From Amoebophrya sp. A120 (taxonomy: Eukaryota > Protista > Dinoflagellata), in contig CAJINV010000012.1 of NCBI GenBank assembly GCA_905178155.1, forward strand, positions 2,701,765 through 2,765,764: a DNA stretch of 64,000 bases. Direction: 5' to 3'. The notes under the pieces were generated by a model that worked only from the letters and a program-made list of their open reading frames with translations, made no database searches and was not told where the DNA came from. This document shows, one piece after another, positions 13,602-27,600 of this stretch. Each line of letters starts with the position of its first letter. Position 1 is the stretch's first letter. A program made the translations under genes and the position numbers.

Positions 13602-14304
13602 ACCCCCGATGACGTTTCACCACCATGGTTTTAGCAGTGACTGGCCACCCGGGGGGAGTTTGCCTGCGGCGTCGCCTCTTGCCGCTAGCAATAGCATTCA
13701 AGAACGAGCGCCATTTAATATTACCTCCTCACGCATGGCACTAGTCCTAACCCCCGACGACCCAACCACCCGGCAGCGGCCCCTTCGCCTCCGGTAGCTA
13801 CCAGGTCGTGTCGAACAGGACTACAAAACAACCGGCCGGAGCCTGACCTCAGGGCACTAGTGCTCTGCGGGTATGCGAAATTATCCGCCGAGCGCCATAC
13901 ACAAACAAAAAGAAAAATATTATACAAATACATCGATAAGTAAATCGCACATCTACATGGTAAAGAATACTTATGTGCAGTAGCTTGATGACACTAGGAC
14001 ACAGATAAAACATGAAAACGTAAAACAAAACACTGTAAAGGTCAAGGTTGGAATGGGGAAATTCCTCATATACAAAAATTATAAGTGAAAAGTTTTGTAA
14101 TTTACAAATGTTTGTTTGTTTGTTGAGAGTGGTCACATGGAACCGCTTGAAAGTTGTTCTTTCTTCACATGTGTCTAGCGCTACTTCAACAAAAAGAGGA
14201 CAACTTGGTGGAGCTGCTTTGGCTCCAACCTTAGAAAAACTAGAAGGAACTGCTGCTGAGAGAGAGAGAGAGAGAGAGACTGGTGAAAAATGATAAGCAT
14301 TTAA

Positions 14305-14510
14305 CTTAATTAAACACTACCCGTAGTATTTTTGGCAAGCAGGGATAAATTGAGGCTTTTTAGCTGCCAATCTAAATGCTAACGAAGAGTGAATTCTGAG
14401 TCTTAGCGTGAATCTATCAGTATCAACTTAATTAAACACTACCCGTAGTATTTTTGGCAAGCAGGGATAAGTTGAGGCTTTTTAGCTGCCAAGAAGGAAC
14501 TGCTGCTGAG
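14305..14510. repeat. Local ~65-bp direct duplication
   Basis: ttaattaaacactacccgtagtatttttggcaagcagggataa.ttgaggctttttagctgccaa occurs twice. Confidence 0.85.
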
Positions 14511-15669
14511 GACGAGAAAAAGCTCTTTCTTATAAAAAGTTCGAAAGTGATTGGGGAGTACTGATGAAATTTACAAATGAATGCTGCGTGATGAAATGGA
14601 TCGAGAATTATGTATTTGTTAGCAGACTCATAATGGGTAAAACTGTGAATGAAGATGAACAAACAAGAAATAGAAAATCAATGAGAATAACAGGTGAAAA
14701 TAGATCGATCATGATAACAAAAAATGCACTTACACTATAGGAGTTGGGAAGTCTTGGAAGTTGTAGCAATCATCTACTTCTTACGGAGCTACTGCTCCTG
14801 CTCTTCATACTTTAAACAACTTCCTACCCTGCCGTGTGGTGCTGTGTTGAAGATATTACGTATCTTTTTGCGTTTCGTGACAACTGTGTATTTTTTTGTG
14901 TTTTTTTCATATGTAATTTTTTTTGCATTTTTCTCCAGCACCTAAGTAATTAGTCTTGATGTTGTGTACAACCAACTAAGTCCAAGGTGAATAACTCGAG
15001 CTGAATCATGTCAAAGAAAAAGAGAAAGAGGACAAATCCCGATGCCATTCGGTACTACACCTCCGGTCCTGTACGCCAACTCGCGAACTGATCAGAAGTC
15101 GTCCCATTTCTTCGTGCGTCGTGGAGGGATAACTCATAGACAGTACGGGAAGATCGATGCGTAGATCCTTCAAAATCAAAACTAAACAAAGGAATATATA
15201 AAACGGTACTACGATGCGTAAATTCATAGACTTCAGTACGGGACCTAGACCACGACGCGTAGATCTAGATCCTTCAAAAGTAAACAAAACGTGACAGATG
15301 CTGCAGTAGTACTTTGCGATTTTTTTCGTACGAGATTAGTGCCGAATGCTTATGCTGAACAAGATCGAAATGGATAGTAGATACCTTCATGACCACCACC
15401 TAGATACTAGGAACCCTAAACAAAACCCTGTAAAACAAACCCCATGATAATAGTCCCTTTCTCCCTCGGCCACGGGACTTGGACGGAGAAGGCACGGCGC
15501 AAGCTCGAGTAGACCTGACGAAATGAATACATTTTTCAGGATAGACATAGACATCAATGTGACTACATGCACCTCCTGATATAATCACGCTGCAAATGAA
15601 AGGCTGGGCTGCTATTAGCTCACTAGTGAAGATAAATACTCGACTCGACGTGGTCCTCGTAGTAAATAC

Positions 15670-18600
15670 CTACACTTCCGCCGGAATGGCGTCCGGCTCC
15701 TCGGCACCAGGGAGGTCAGCGTCATCTTGGATGCTCTTCATCCGGGATTCGCGCCGCGAGCTTCGCCGGGGCGGTGCGGCTTCCGCATCCTGCCGCCTCG
15801 AGCTTCGGCGCGGCTTGGCACTGCTGGAGGGCACGATCGCCGTGCCGCCGGCCTCGTCGTCCGGCACAGATTGCATCGACTTGTTCGCTATGGAGTGCAA
15901 AAATGTCTCCGTCTGGAACAGTGCAAGACTTGTCATGCAAATTTTACATGATGAAGACCCATGACGCCTGTAGTCGTGCGTGACCTAGCATCACAGATTT
16001 TTTTTTCTAGACAGCTTCCTGATGCCTAAGACTATTCCGCATGAGAAATTATATTGTCTCCATGTAGCTGCACAAAGTTGTGAAATCCTCTTGCTGGTCA
16101 TGATGCAATACAGTTTTATTTTTTTAAATGCAGAGACAGCATCACAAGTTGCAGTTGCATTCTTCCAGACCCAGATGACATATTTGCATTTGATATTCGC
16201 GCGCGACGACCGGCGGGACTTGCGACTCTGAGTGTCGTATCAAATGCAAATATGTCTGGGTCTGGAAGAATGCGAGATCTGTCATGCAGTATTTGCATGA
16301 GCCAGATCGTCTGGCATGCAAGCTTTCGCATCACAGATTCTGAGCGGGTATCCCAAGAATGCCTAATCCGCAGGACAAATCCCCTCTCTCGGAATAAACA
16401 AAAGGCGCGGCCTTTTGCTAGCCATGCATGACAGATTTTCTCATGATGTAGGACTTCGCATCACAAATTCGAATCCTCCTAGACTACCCGGACATTTTTG
16501 CATTTGATATGTCGTCGTAAACCGACAGCTTTTTCTCCACAAAAACCGGGTCTGTCACCACAACCATATGGAAGCGTCAGGATTGGAATCGTCAAAGTTG
16601 AATAAATTACTATCTATTATATTCATGCGAAAATATTGGTCTAGAGAGGGTAAACGAGAGGTGGCAGGGAGGCCAAAAAGAGGCCAAAAGAGGTACAAAA
16701 GAGGTCGACAGAGGTGGAGAGGTGGCGCGGGAGGTAATTCGAGAGGGTGGCCGAGAGGGGGCGCGAGTATAGCCCGCCGAACCGGTCGCCCTTTAGGGCC
16801 GCTAAGCGGCACGGAGGTGGCCGAGAGGTAAAAAAGAGGGCAAGCGAGAGGTGGGCAGAGGTGCCGAGATGTTGCGCGAATAAGGGGAGACCTCTCGCGC
16901 ACCCTCTGGGCCACCTCTCGGCCACCTTTGTAGACCTCTACCGGCGAGTATAGCCGGATTATTAGCAAAACCTCTCGGAAGAGGTGAAAAAGAGGGTCTG
17001 CGAGAGGGGTAAAAAAACCCGAATCCGCCCGGCACAGGGCTGAATTTTTTGCGGCCCTTTCATGCAAAAGCCCGAACCCTCTCGCGCCACCCTCTCGCGC
17101 ACCCTCTCGCGCCACCCTCTTGCGCCACCCTCTCGCGCCAACAGTTTTATTTCCGCGGGGAATCAGGTGGGCGGGCGCGGGGCGGTGATAAACAAAGAGC
17201 AGCGCCGGCCTCTGTCTGATTCTTTCGGCACGCACCTACGCCGGGGCGGCATCTCTTCGCCCCCAAAGTTTACTGCAGCTGCCCCCTGCGCATAGCGCCT
17301 AAAGGCGCGGGAAGCGCGCAGGAGGCCTTGCGGGTTGACCTCGCGCAAAATGGCGCCTGAAGTTCCCTCGGTCCGTCACGCTGTGCCCAAGGCTCTTGCG
17401 TCGCGGCCCGATCCGCAAATAGTCAAACCCCAGCACAACAGCCTTGCGCTCCGGCGGTAGCCGGAGCATGGCTGGTAGTTTGTAATGCATAAAATGCAAG
17501 GCATGAAGTGCCTGTCTTGCCGGGATGGCAAGTGAGGCAGATTCATTGCGAGCCTATTCAGGATTTGGGATAGAGCTGCCAAAGGAGCATGGCAAAAGCA
17601 GTCTTCTCCTTCTGTGCCTAAGTAAACAGCATGACAAATTGGATTCCCGTACTCCGAAAATTTGTCATGCGCCGCTTGGACACTGGGCTTCCAACTGGTA
17701 TCCATTTTATGCATGGCAAATTCTTTCAACTTTGTCGATTTCAAACCTGACGCTTCCATAAACCATCTCGCCGCCGTCGAACTGGGAGGACCGCGACGCC
17801 GAGTATGAATTACAAAAGTATCGCACTCGTAGTAATTCTAATTGCAGCCATGCATTACAAATCTCATCTCTTAAAGGCAAATCAGCATTACGAATTTCAT
17901 TTTTCACGCAGCTCAGGAAATTTGCAATGCAATTGATACTAGTACGATATCGGTTTTCTCAGTTCGTACCGAGACCCCGGCGACAGTGCCCGAAACCGAC
18001 TCGACGGGCTTGGTGACCAGCTCGATCGCCGTCGCCACGACGGACTTTTTCTCCGGCGGCGGCGGCGGGTGGTCACCCGTGGTCGCCCGCACGTGGTCTT
18101 CCAGCTGGGACTATCAACTGTAAAAGTGTCTGGGTCTGGAAACTTGTGATGCTAAAATGTGCATGATGAAAACATCACTTCCGAATGAAATCCGGCATGA
18201 CAACTTCCCAAATAAACGCTAACGCTTTCTCACAGGCAATCCGCATGAGAAACTGCGACTTTGCATGACAAAAGAGGCTGCGACTTTTGTTCGTTACGCA
18301 ATACAGACTTTCTAGGTATGGAAAGCTAGCATTACAAGTCCCAACCTTCCAGAGGATCCAGACATTTTTACAATCCATAGGGACACCCGCTCCTGGGCGT
18401 GGCCGTGCTGGTGAAAGAGGTAAAAGGCTATCCTGTGCAAAAGTATCGTACTCGTATTGCAGTCATGCATTGCAAATCCTTTTTGTTAAGGTAAATCTGC
18501 ATTACAAATTTTATTTCTCATGCTGAGGAAATTTGTAATGCATTTATACGAATACGATATTTTTGCAGTGCATAAAAGCGGCGAAGCAGCAACCGCAGAG

Positions 18601-21600
18601 ACACAAGCCCACGCCAACGAAGATGCCGATCCCGACCCCGATCCCCAGTCCGAAAAAGTTGTCGCCGTCTTCCTGATATCAAATGCAAAAGCGTTTGGGT
18701 CTTGTCATGCTGTTTTTCCATGACACAGAAGGTCTGGCATGGAAGCTCTAGCATCACAGGTTTAATATTCGAGAAGCGTCTGCAATGCCGAATCCGCAGG
18801 ACAAATGTCGCCCCATTTTGGTGCCAGAAAGTGGGAACTTTTGCTGCCTATGCATGAGAGATTTTTCTGTGCTCTGAAATGCGCATCACAAGTTTGTGTT
18901 TGTTGCATTCACATTCTCCAGAGGACCCAGACATATAATTTGCAGTTCATACCTGATCGCTCGGCGGGGCCGGGGGTCCGACCGTGATGGCTGCCAGGGG
19001 CCCGCCGATCCGCACGCCCGAGTAAGGGGGGCCCCCAAAAGTTTCCTTCGCTATCACAATGAAAAACAATGGCCCTACGACGACCCCGGAATATGCGAAA
19101 GTTTGTTTCTCATGCAGAAGGCTCTCAAATACAGAGCTCGTAATTATGTCTACTTCTATGCATGAAAGGACTAGCACGAGCCTTGCTGATGCAGAATCTA
19201 CTTCTAGGTGCGCAAGGTGATATCCTTTCCATAACAGATCCGGCTGCTGTTCTTGGGCTCCTTTGCAGCAAAAAATCGAGCTATTTAGCATGGAAATGAA
19301 TTTGTGATGCTGGTAGATGCAAGACGGGAAGTTATTGCCTTAAAGTTCTCGGGTCCTCGTTGTGGGGGCATAATTTTTCATTGTAATAGCCGGCGGGAGA
19401 AATTTTTTGTAACTTCCTTGACCGTATTCCATCCACTGGTGCACTCCGTCCACGAACATAACCATGCCGCCGTAGCCGCGACCCCTCGAATCATAACCGT
19501 GCGCGAGCTGGCGCTGTCCACCGGGCAGAGCGGCCAGTGGCGTGAAGTGCTGGTCTTGGGCATCCGAGGCGGGAAGCGCACCGAGCGGAACCCTGTAAAC
19601 GTTTATCCTGAGTAAAAACGTACCCACACCAGAGTCAGGATGAGGATTTTGCAACACAAACCTAGGAGTTTTGTGAGTCACGCATGACAAGTTGCGCTCT
19701 GCAGTGTAGTGCACGTTAGCAAGTGCAGCCGCGTCACAGATTCATCTGGTCATCCTGTTCACAGCATCACAAATTCCAAAACACGATTGGAATTGGCTCT
19801 CATGCGGATGCGCATTACGAGTCTTCCTGTCATTGCAAATCTGCATTACAACTCTGGTGTGGGTACGTTTTTACTCAGGATAACGTTTTTTTCAGACATA
19901 GTAGACACGGGGGCCTCGAAGCCGGCGTAGTAACGCGACGGGTTGTAGTAATCGGGATTGGCCAAGTGACGGGCCAGCAGGAACTGCGTAGTCGTGCTGA
20001 AAAACAGTCGCTGGGACCCTGCGTTGGCGGTCAGAATGGGGTCTGGGAGGAGCGTATCAAGTGCAAAAATGTCTGGGTCGTCTAGAAGAATGCCAGACTT
20101 GCCATGCAGGTTTTTCCTCACCCATCCGGCCTCGTCTGGTATGTAGGACGTAGCATGACAGATCATTCTGTGAGAGTTCTATCATGCCTACAGCTGCGCG
20201 AGTAGAAACCGCCTCTCGATTAGGTCAAAAGTGGGCAGCTTTTGGCAATCATTCGCTCGCTCGTTGTGGATCGGCTCTGCCGACCGGGTAACCCAACGCC
20301 TCGCATACAAGTGACCGACTTAGGCGAGCCCCGTTTTGGGACATACAAATGGCCGCACGGAAGGGCCCTATTTCTACATACATAGTTCACCCGAAGCGCC
20401 TACCACTTCGGTCGGGGCTGGGTCAACCTGGTCCAAGGGGTTCACAACGCACTGGCCCTTTGCTAGCATAAAGATGAACCGTTTGGGTTCTACAAACTGA
20501 TCCAAAATCTTATAACAGTAAGGCCATCATAAAGGTGCGCTAAAAAGCTTTCGGGGCGCTCTGTCCGGAAGGGAGCCCTTCGACGGGGCGCGCCCTCTCC
20601 TGTAGAGATTTACGCGGAACACGGATGGGCCGCGCACGCAACTCAGTCGAGGAAGACACGCGCTCCCTCAATAACAGAGGTGGCAACCACTCACGGCGGC
20701 TGGCCGGTCTGAAAACGGTAGACCCCGCCTCCCGTCTTCCCGGTTCGTCAATGACTCGGGCGAGCCATGTCGCAACGCAGATTTTTACATGATTCAGATT
20801 CAGCATGACAAGTGGCGTTGTTCCAGACCCCGACACTTTTGCGTTTGATAGAGCGCGGGGGTCCCGGTACTTTTGTACCCATCCTTGCCGGTGATTTCCC
20901 GGAAGAAATCATTGAGATTGGTGCTATCAAAAGGAAAAATCCATATCAAAACGAAGCTCCTGACGCTGGATTTCCGTACACAGAAGATCAGAGCTGTCTT
21001 GCAGTAGAGGACTTCTGCAGGTATGTGCCGTGCCTGAGTGCAGAGCTTCCGACGTGGGCCACGCTTAACATCGCAAATATCTATTGTGTGCTCGCTTCTT
21101 CAGGCGAGCGCCGAGTAACTGTTTGCCATACTAACTATGTTCCTGTTTGTAAATAGCTGGCAGCCAGTGTCTCAACCTCGCATCGCAAATATCTATGCCA
21201 TAGCGAAAGCTCAAGCAGCTGCATCACAAACCGTCCGCATAATGCGGCGGAGTGGACTGTAGAGTTGCAACGTGCAAGACAAAAAGATTTGTGGTCACAA
21301 ATCAGCATTACAAATTTTCTGAGGAGTACCTTTTAGATATGGGGAGGGGGGATTTTTCCTTACGATAGGTGTGCAGGGCCACTCCCTGTCCGAGGTCAGT
21401 GTTCATGACGAAACGGAAACCCGGGTCGAGGGGTTGCGGATCCGCGGCGTCTATCCCAAGTAAAAAGGTCCCCACCCCCTAGCTGTAACTCAACGTCGCA
21501 TGCTGCGGACGTTTGCGATTTTCATGCGGAGCCCCAACAACATGAGAAGCATTTTTTCTCCGTGCTGTTTCGGTGTTTGTCATTCATTCTCCAATCAGCC

Positions 21601-24600
21601 TGGTACGCTAGCTTTACGATGCTGGCGAATTAGCTAAACCGGACATACCAAATATAGCCGCCATGGCGGAGGTAGTGAGGTCGGTGGCGCTTTCTTGCCC
21701 AAACCTTGGCCCGCCGCGAGCCGGAAGGGCGCCTGCTTTTTGTGGGCCCTCCGTGCCACCGTGGGTAAGGTTATGCCGCGCGGTATGGCGGCCGGTTGAA
21801 AAACATAACAGATTTTTGGCAAATTTTCGGAATTCCCTTAAGAAAGCCAATCCCCACGCTATGGGCCCGATTCTGACGCCACGGGGGGCGCCCAAAAACC
21901 AAAGAAAAACCGGGCCCATAGCATGCGGATTGGCTTCGCGCGTCCGGCGCGCTTTTTCTTTTTTGCGTTTTTTTTTTTCGCGCTGGCGCTTTTTGCAAAG
22001 CTTCTCCCGCTTAGAAACGGGCGAAAAGGCGGCCGCTTTCGCGGCCGCCAAAAATGCTCCGAAATCGCGGCCGTGCCATGCGGTTTCGCTGTTCTGATTT
22101 TTGGCGCGTTTTTTTCGGGCGCCCTTTTGGGCACCCCAAATCGCCAGAAACTAAGGCGGTGGGCGCCTCAGAAGGGCGCCTCTTTTGCCGGCGCCCCTGC
22201 GTCGTTTTATCAAGCGGCGACCGATAGTTTCCGCAGGCGATTCGTTGATAACAAAGCCAAACAGGCTTGCACGCTGCGAGCTTTTTCATACAAGAAAACG
22301 CTTTACAGGCTTCAAAACTGCCAGTCGTTTTTGGCACTTCATGGCAAGAAAACTACCAGGTTAGAACCGTTCGGTGACCTCACTACATATTATGTACACG
22401 CTACGACGTCGCCAAAGAACTTGTCATGCGCAACAGCCGAAGCTTGTTGGTTTGTCTAGCAGATTTCCGACGTTGACTATGGGCGGGTGGGACGTTTTTA
22501 CACAGGATAGTGTCACTCAGTCGCCCCTGGAACTCCAGCTCCACCCCCTTCGTGACGTACTCCAACAGAGTGGCCAGCGCAAACGCCTCCTCCGTGGAGT
22601 ATGCAGCGCAAAAGTAGAAGTACCAATAGCAATAGTTTTTGCGTATATATGCATTTAATGCATATATACGCAATGACTTGTAATACAAGTCATCTTTTTC
22701 TCTAGTAGACAAAGCCGCATTACAAACTTAATTTGTGAAAATGTTAAGTCAAAAATTTGTAATGCAATTTCTACTGTTATACGATGCTTTTGCATTGCAT
22801 ATGGAGTTGAGGCCCACAATTTCCATGCGGAGGTTCCTCTGTTCGGTGCCATCGGACGTAAACGGGGTCGCGGATTTGCTAAAAAGGGGGTGCTTGAAGC
22901 CCCCGTAGCCCGCGCTGTTCGGGGGGAAGCAGCCGAATTGCAAGCTGCAGGTGTTTTCTCGACAAACACATTTTGTATTTTGCACAGACGACGAAAATCG
23001 GCACACCGCACTGCAGTCACGGTCCGACTCGGGCTCGTTTCTGTACCGGGCCAGCCATCCGCCGCAATTCCCATCGAGGACTTTCACGTGCTTCAGGGAC
23101 AGCTCGCGCTGCAAGAAAAGTTTCAGGCTTTTCGCGGGCGTGGACCGGCCGCACATGTTTGTGCGGCCATCCGAACAGGCTGCGGCCCTCATGTCGTCGT
23201 CCGGGTTCCAGTACGAAAAGCGATTATGGGAGTGTCAGGATCGAAATCGACAAAATCGGAATGATCTGTAATGCATGAGATGCTACGCAAAAAGCGACTG
23301 TATTGCAGAGGATGCAAGGAAGGCGGATTGTAGTCCTGGTAGGGGTTAAGTCTAAGTGTTGGGCCGCTGACTAGCATGACAGAAGGCAGCTCCTTTGCAC
23401 TAAACCGCGTGACAGATTCGCTTCCAGGACGAGGAGAATTTGTCATGCGCCGACTACAAAGAAACTGTGGGTCTAACTGGCATCGATTTTGTGCATCACA
23501 AGTTTTTCGATTTTGTCAATTTCGATTCTGACACTTCCATAGCGATCCAGTTGCCCGTAGAGGTTCTCGGTCTCGAGGGCGGGATTCTTGCCAGCTTCCT
23601 TCAGGTGATGGTACACCAGGTAGCGCACCGCCGGGCCCAGCTGATTCTTGATGAAGGCCGAGGTGCAGTTATCGTAAAGAAAAATCTAAATCCCCCCTCG
23701 CCATAAAAATACTTATCAAAAAGGCACGCCTCAGAGCAGAGTTTGCGATGCTGATTTCTTTGTGCTGACCGCAAGTCGACGTGTCTGTCTTGCAAGAAAT
23801 AATATGCTCCGCCCCATTATGCAGGCGGTTTGTGATGCTATTGGACCACCTACAGCATAGACGTCCCTCATGCCAAGTGCCCAGGAGGCCAAAACCTCTC
23901 TACTCTACATTGGCATGGTATAATGGGCCTGCAGTCCTCTACTGCAAGACACATCTGATTTGTGTGCGCAATAAATCCAGCATGCATGATCAGAAATTTC
24001 GTTTTGATGTGGATGTGGGGAGGGGGAATTCTTCATTTGGATAGCAGTTTTTCATGGTAAGCCCGAGTGCGACCGCGAAACGCACCCCGTGCGAGTTTTC
24101 CGAAGTGAGTTCGGTGCTTATAGTGTTCTCAACTGTTTTTACATTGTTCTCTATTGTTTTTACAACCTGGATTTGTGAAGATGCAAGAATGGCAACGGTC
24201 ATAGGGGCAAGCTAAGCTTGCTGCTTTCACCTTTCGCATCACAGATTTGGCACATATTTAGATGCTGTTCAGGCTGCTCTCGGAGATCATTTGTCATGCT
24301 TAACAGACTGCGCTACCGAGCCCGGGGGGGTGCGGGATCCGAGGGGTGCACATTCCAACGCCCGGAACACCCGAACACGCCCCGCGACTGGCACCGGACC
24401 AGCTTCGGAGAATAATATTTATATTGCCTGACTTCCGGGCTCCCTCTGTGATCACACACCCCAGACGCACGACAGGTGACGGCGACAGGTGACGCCATGA
24501 GGTGACGGCGACAGGCGAAGCGACAGGTGAAAGGAGAGGCCAAACGACAGGCGAAAGGAGAGGCGAAACGACAGGCGAAAGGAGAGGCGAAACGACAGGC

Positions 24601-27600
24601 GACGACGACAGGCCAAAAAAGGCAACTTCTCACGCGGTTCAGAACCAGCAGCACGCAGCAACAAAAAAAAAGCAAAGAGTCATTTATTTCCGAGAAGAAA
24701 AACGCAACCCTTTTATTTTCAATATTCATGTGCACAAAATAAATCAATTTACTCATATCCGAAGCATGATAATTACAAGGCCGCAGCTTATGTCGCGCAG
24801 CGGGGGGGCGAACGAGTTGACAGGGGGGAAAGAAAAACGTCAGAGGGTGGGCAAGGGAAAAGATTTTTGATGCAGGGTGGGGCCAAGCCCCTGCGCCGCT
24901 TCGTGCTGAAAGAACGAAGGCGGAGCGCCATGGCGCCCGTGGTTCCCGTCGTTGTGCGAGCGCGAGGACCCCGCCCGCATTGGGCGCGCGTTTCTGAGGC
25001 GGCAAGCCTTAGGCCCAACAACGCTACGCAAAGCGTGGCAGCGGGCGGGCGCCAGAGGACGGGGGAAGGAAGCAGGAAAACAGCCCGCGCAATGCACGGC
25101 GCTGGCGCGTGACGCCCCGCCCGCGCGTCTGTTGTGTGGGCGCGTCCGTGAAGCCTGCCGGTGCGCCCCGCTCCTGCACGCCTTGGCGCCGCCGCCCCTT
25201 CTTCTCCCGCGCGCAGCCTTGCAGAACAGAGGCTGACTGGCTCGCTGTGGCCCCTGCCACGCGCGTGGATAGAGGGCGGGCGCCGGGGCGGGGCATTTCT
25301 AGCCAACTCTCCAGGCGCAGGGGCCCGCCACCCTCTCCCCGCACCCCCGGACAACAGCGGCGCCCCACACGTTAGCTCGCGCGCAATCTCTTCCGCCCCC
25401 GCCTCTTCTCGCGCGCAGCCAGCCAGCCTCGCTCCAAGGGGCGGCGGGCGGCGGCGCCCTCGGTCTGCCCGTCTCGTCGTGAACAGTGGGACGGCGCCGG
25501 GGGAGGGTGGTGGGCAGCTGCTCGCCTGGTGCTTGGGCGCGGCTTTCCCCCTGGGCCGGTGCTTTCGCTTTCCAACCATCTCCGCGCCCCCCGGCTTCCC
25601 CGCGCTTCCCGGCCGCTTCCCCGGTGTTTCCCACCTTCTCCGTGCCCCCTGCCTTCCCCGTGCTTCCCGCTTTCCCCGTGCTTCCCGTTTTCCCCGTGCT
25701 TCCCGCTTCCCCCGTGTTCCCCGCTTTCCCCGTGCTCCCGCTTTCCCCGTGCTTGCCTGCCTCCAAGAGGCGGCGGACGGCGGCGCCCTCTGCCGGTCTC
25801 CTCGTGAACAGAGGGAGGGCGCCGGGGATGGGTGGTGGGCAGCTGCTCGTCTGGTGCTGTGGCGCGGGCGGGCGGCTTTCCCCGTGGGCTGATGCTTCCC
25901 GCCTTCCCCGCGCTTCCCGTTTTCCCGTGCTTCCCGCTTTCCCCGTGCTTCCCGCTTTCCCCGTGCTTCCCGCTTTCCCCGTGCTTCCCGCGTTCCTCGT
26001 ACTTCCCGCTTTTGCTGGGCTTTCAGTCTTCCCCGTGCTTCCAGTCTTCCCCGTGCTTTCCGTTTTCCCCGTGCTTCCCGCTTTTCCTGTGCTCCCCGCC
26101 TTTCCTGGGCATCCCGCTTTTCCTGTGCTTCCAGCCTTCCCCGTGCTTCCCGTTTTCCCCGTGTTTCCCGCCCTCCCCGTGCCCCCCGCTTTCAAAGCTG
26201 CAAAAACGGAAGAAGCGGCTTCGTTGGAAGGTTGTTGCGAGATATTTCCTGGCCATAATATTTTGCGAGGGCTGCAAAGTATTTCGACTTGCGAAATGCT
26301 TCGACTTGCGAAATTTTTTGGCTTGCAAAATATTCCGACTTGCAAAATGTTTCGACTTGCAAAATTTTTTGGCTTGCAAAATATTTTGCGTTGCAAAATG
26401 TTTCGAGTTGCGAAATATTTTGAGTTGCGAAATATTTTGCGTCGCAGAGTATTGCGCTGCGCAAAGTATTTTAATTGGCAAAACGTTTTGCGTTGCAAAA
26501 TAGCTGCGAGCTAAGCGATGGGGGTTGGGCGATGAAGGTTGGCAGGCAATCGAGCGACGGAAGTTGGGAGCCCGTGTCTTCTGCTCTCCCCATGCCCCCC
26601 GCTTTCAAAGCTGCAAAAACGGGGGAGGCGGTTTTTTCGGGGGTTGTTGCGAAATATTTTCTGGTCAGAATATTTCCCGAGGGTTGGAAAATATTCGGAG
26701 TTGCAAAATATTCCGACTTCCAAAATATTTTGCGTTGCAAAGTATTTCGAGCTGCGAAAAATTTGGAGTTGCAAAATATTTTGCGTTGCAGAGTATTTCG
26801 ATTCGCAAAATATTGCGAGGCGCAAAATATTTTGCGTTGCAAAATAGTTGGGCGATGAGAGTTGAGCGATGGGGGTTGGGCGATGAAGGTTGGGAGCTGG
26901 TAAGTGGGTGGCGGGAGTTGGGGGCTAAGCGATGGGGTTGGTGGCGGGTTTGGCGATGGGATTTGCGAATTGGGCGATGGGAGATGGACTTTGCGAATTG
27001 GGCGATGGGGGTTGAGCGGTGGGCGGTGAGCGGTTTCGCAAGTCGCGAAATTTTTGGAAAGTTTGAAAAGTGTGAAAAAAGTTTCGGCGTGGACGATTTT
27101 CCTCCCCGTCGCAAAGTTTTAAATGCCCCCGCTCAGCAATAGGAGTTCTATATCTTTGCGTGTGAATAAAGATAAAAGAGCTGCGTTTTCCTTCCCGGAA
27201 ATAACAAGGGCTCTCGGTTTTTTTTGTTGCTGCTGCTGGTGCGGAACCACGTCAAAGGTTGGCACTTTTGGCCTGTCGCCGCCGCCTGTCCTTTCGCCCG
27301 TCGTTTCGCCTGTCGTTCTGCCCGCCGCCTCACCTGTCGCCGTCGCCCCCACCTGTCGCCGCCCCCTGTCGCCTGGGGTGTCTGATTACAGTTACAGAGC
27401 CCGGGCGTCTAGTCAGATTGGTTTTTTGTTTTTCGTCTCAGAAATAAGCCATAAAGTGACTTCCACTGCAGTGAAGAAGTTCGAAGCTATTTCGAGCCTG
27501 TTTGCCATGCGCAAAGAGTAATTTGTTGCGCAGCTCTCTATTTTTCAAAAATAGAGAAGCCTTCCGGGTTCTGGTAACGCATACCCCCCGACAGGGTGAC

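Noticed and set aside
25299-26514. Long ORFs with GSTGKA / PVLPAF repeats (399 and 342 aa)
   Set aside because: These are translations of an 18-bp minisatellite that is open on both strands inside a nested repeat; there is no evidence of coding.
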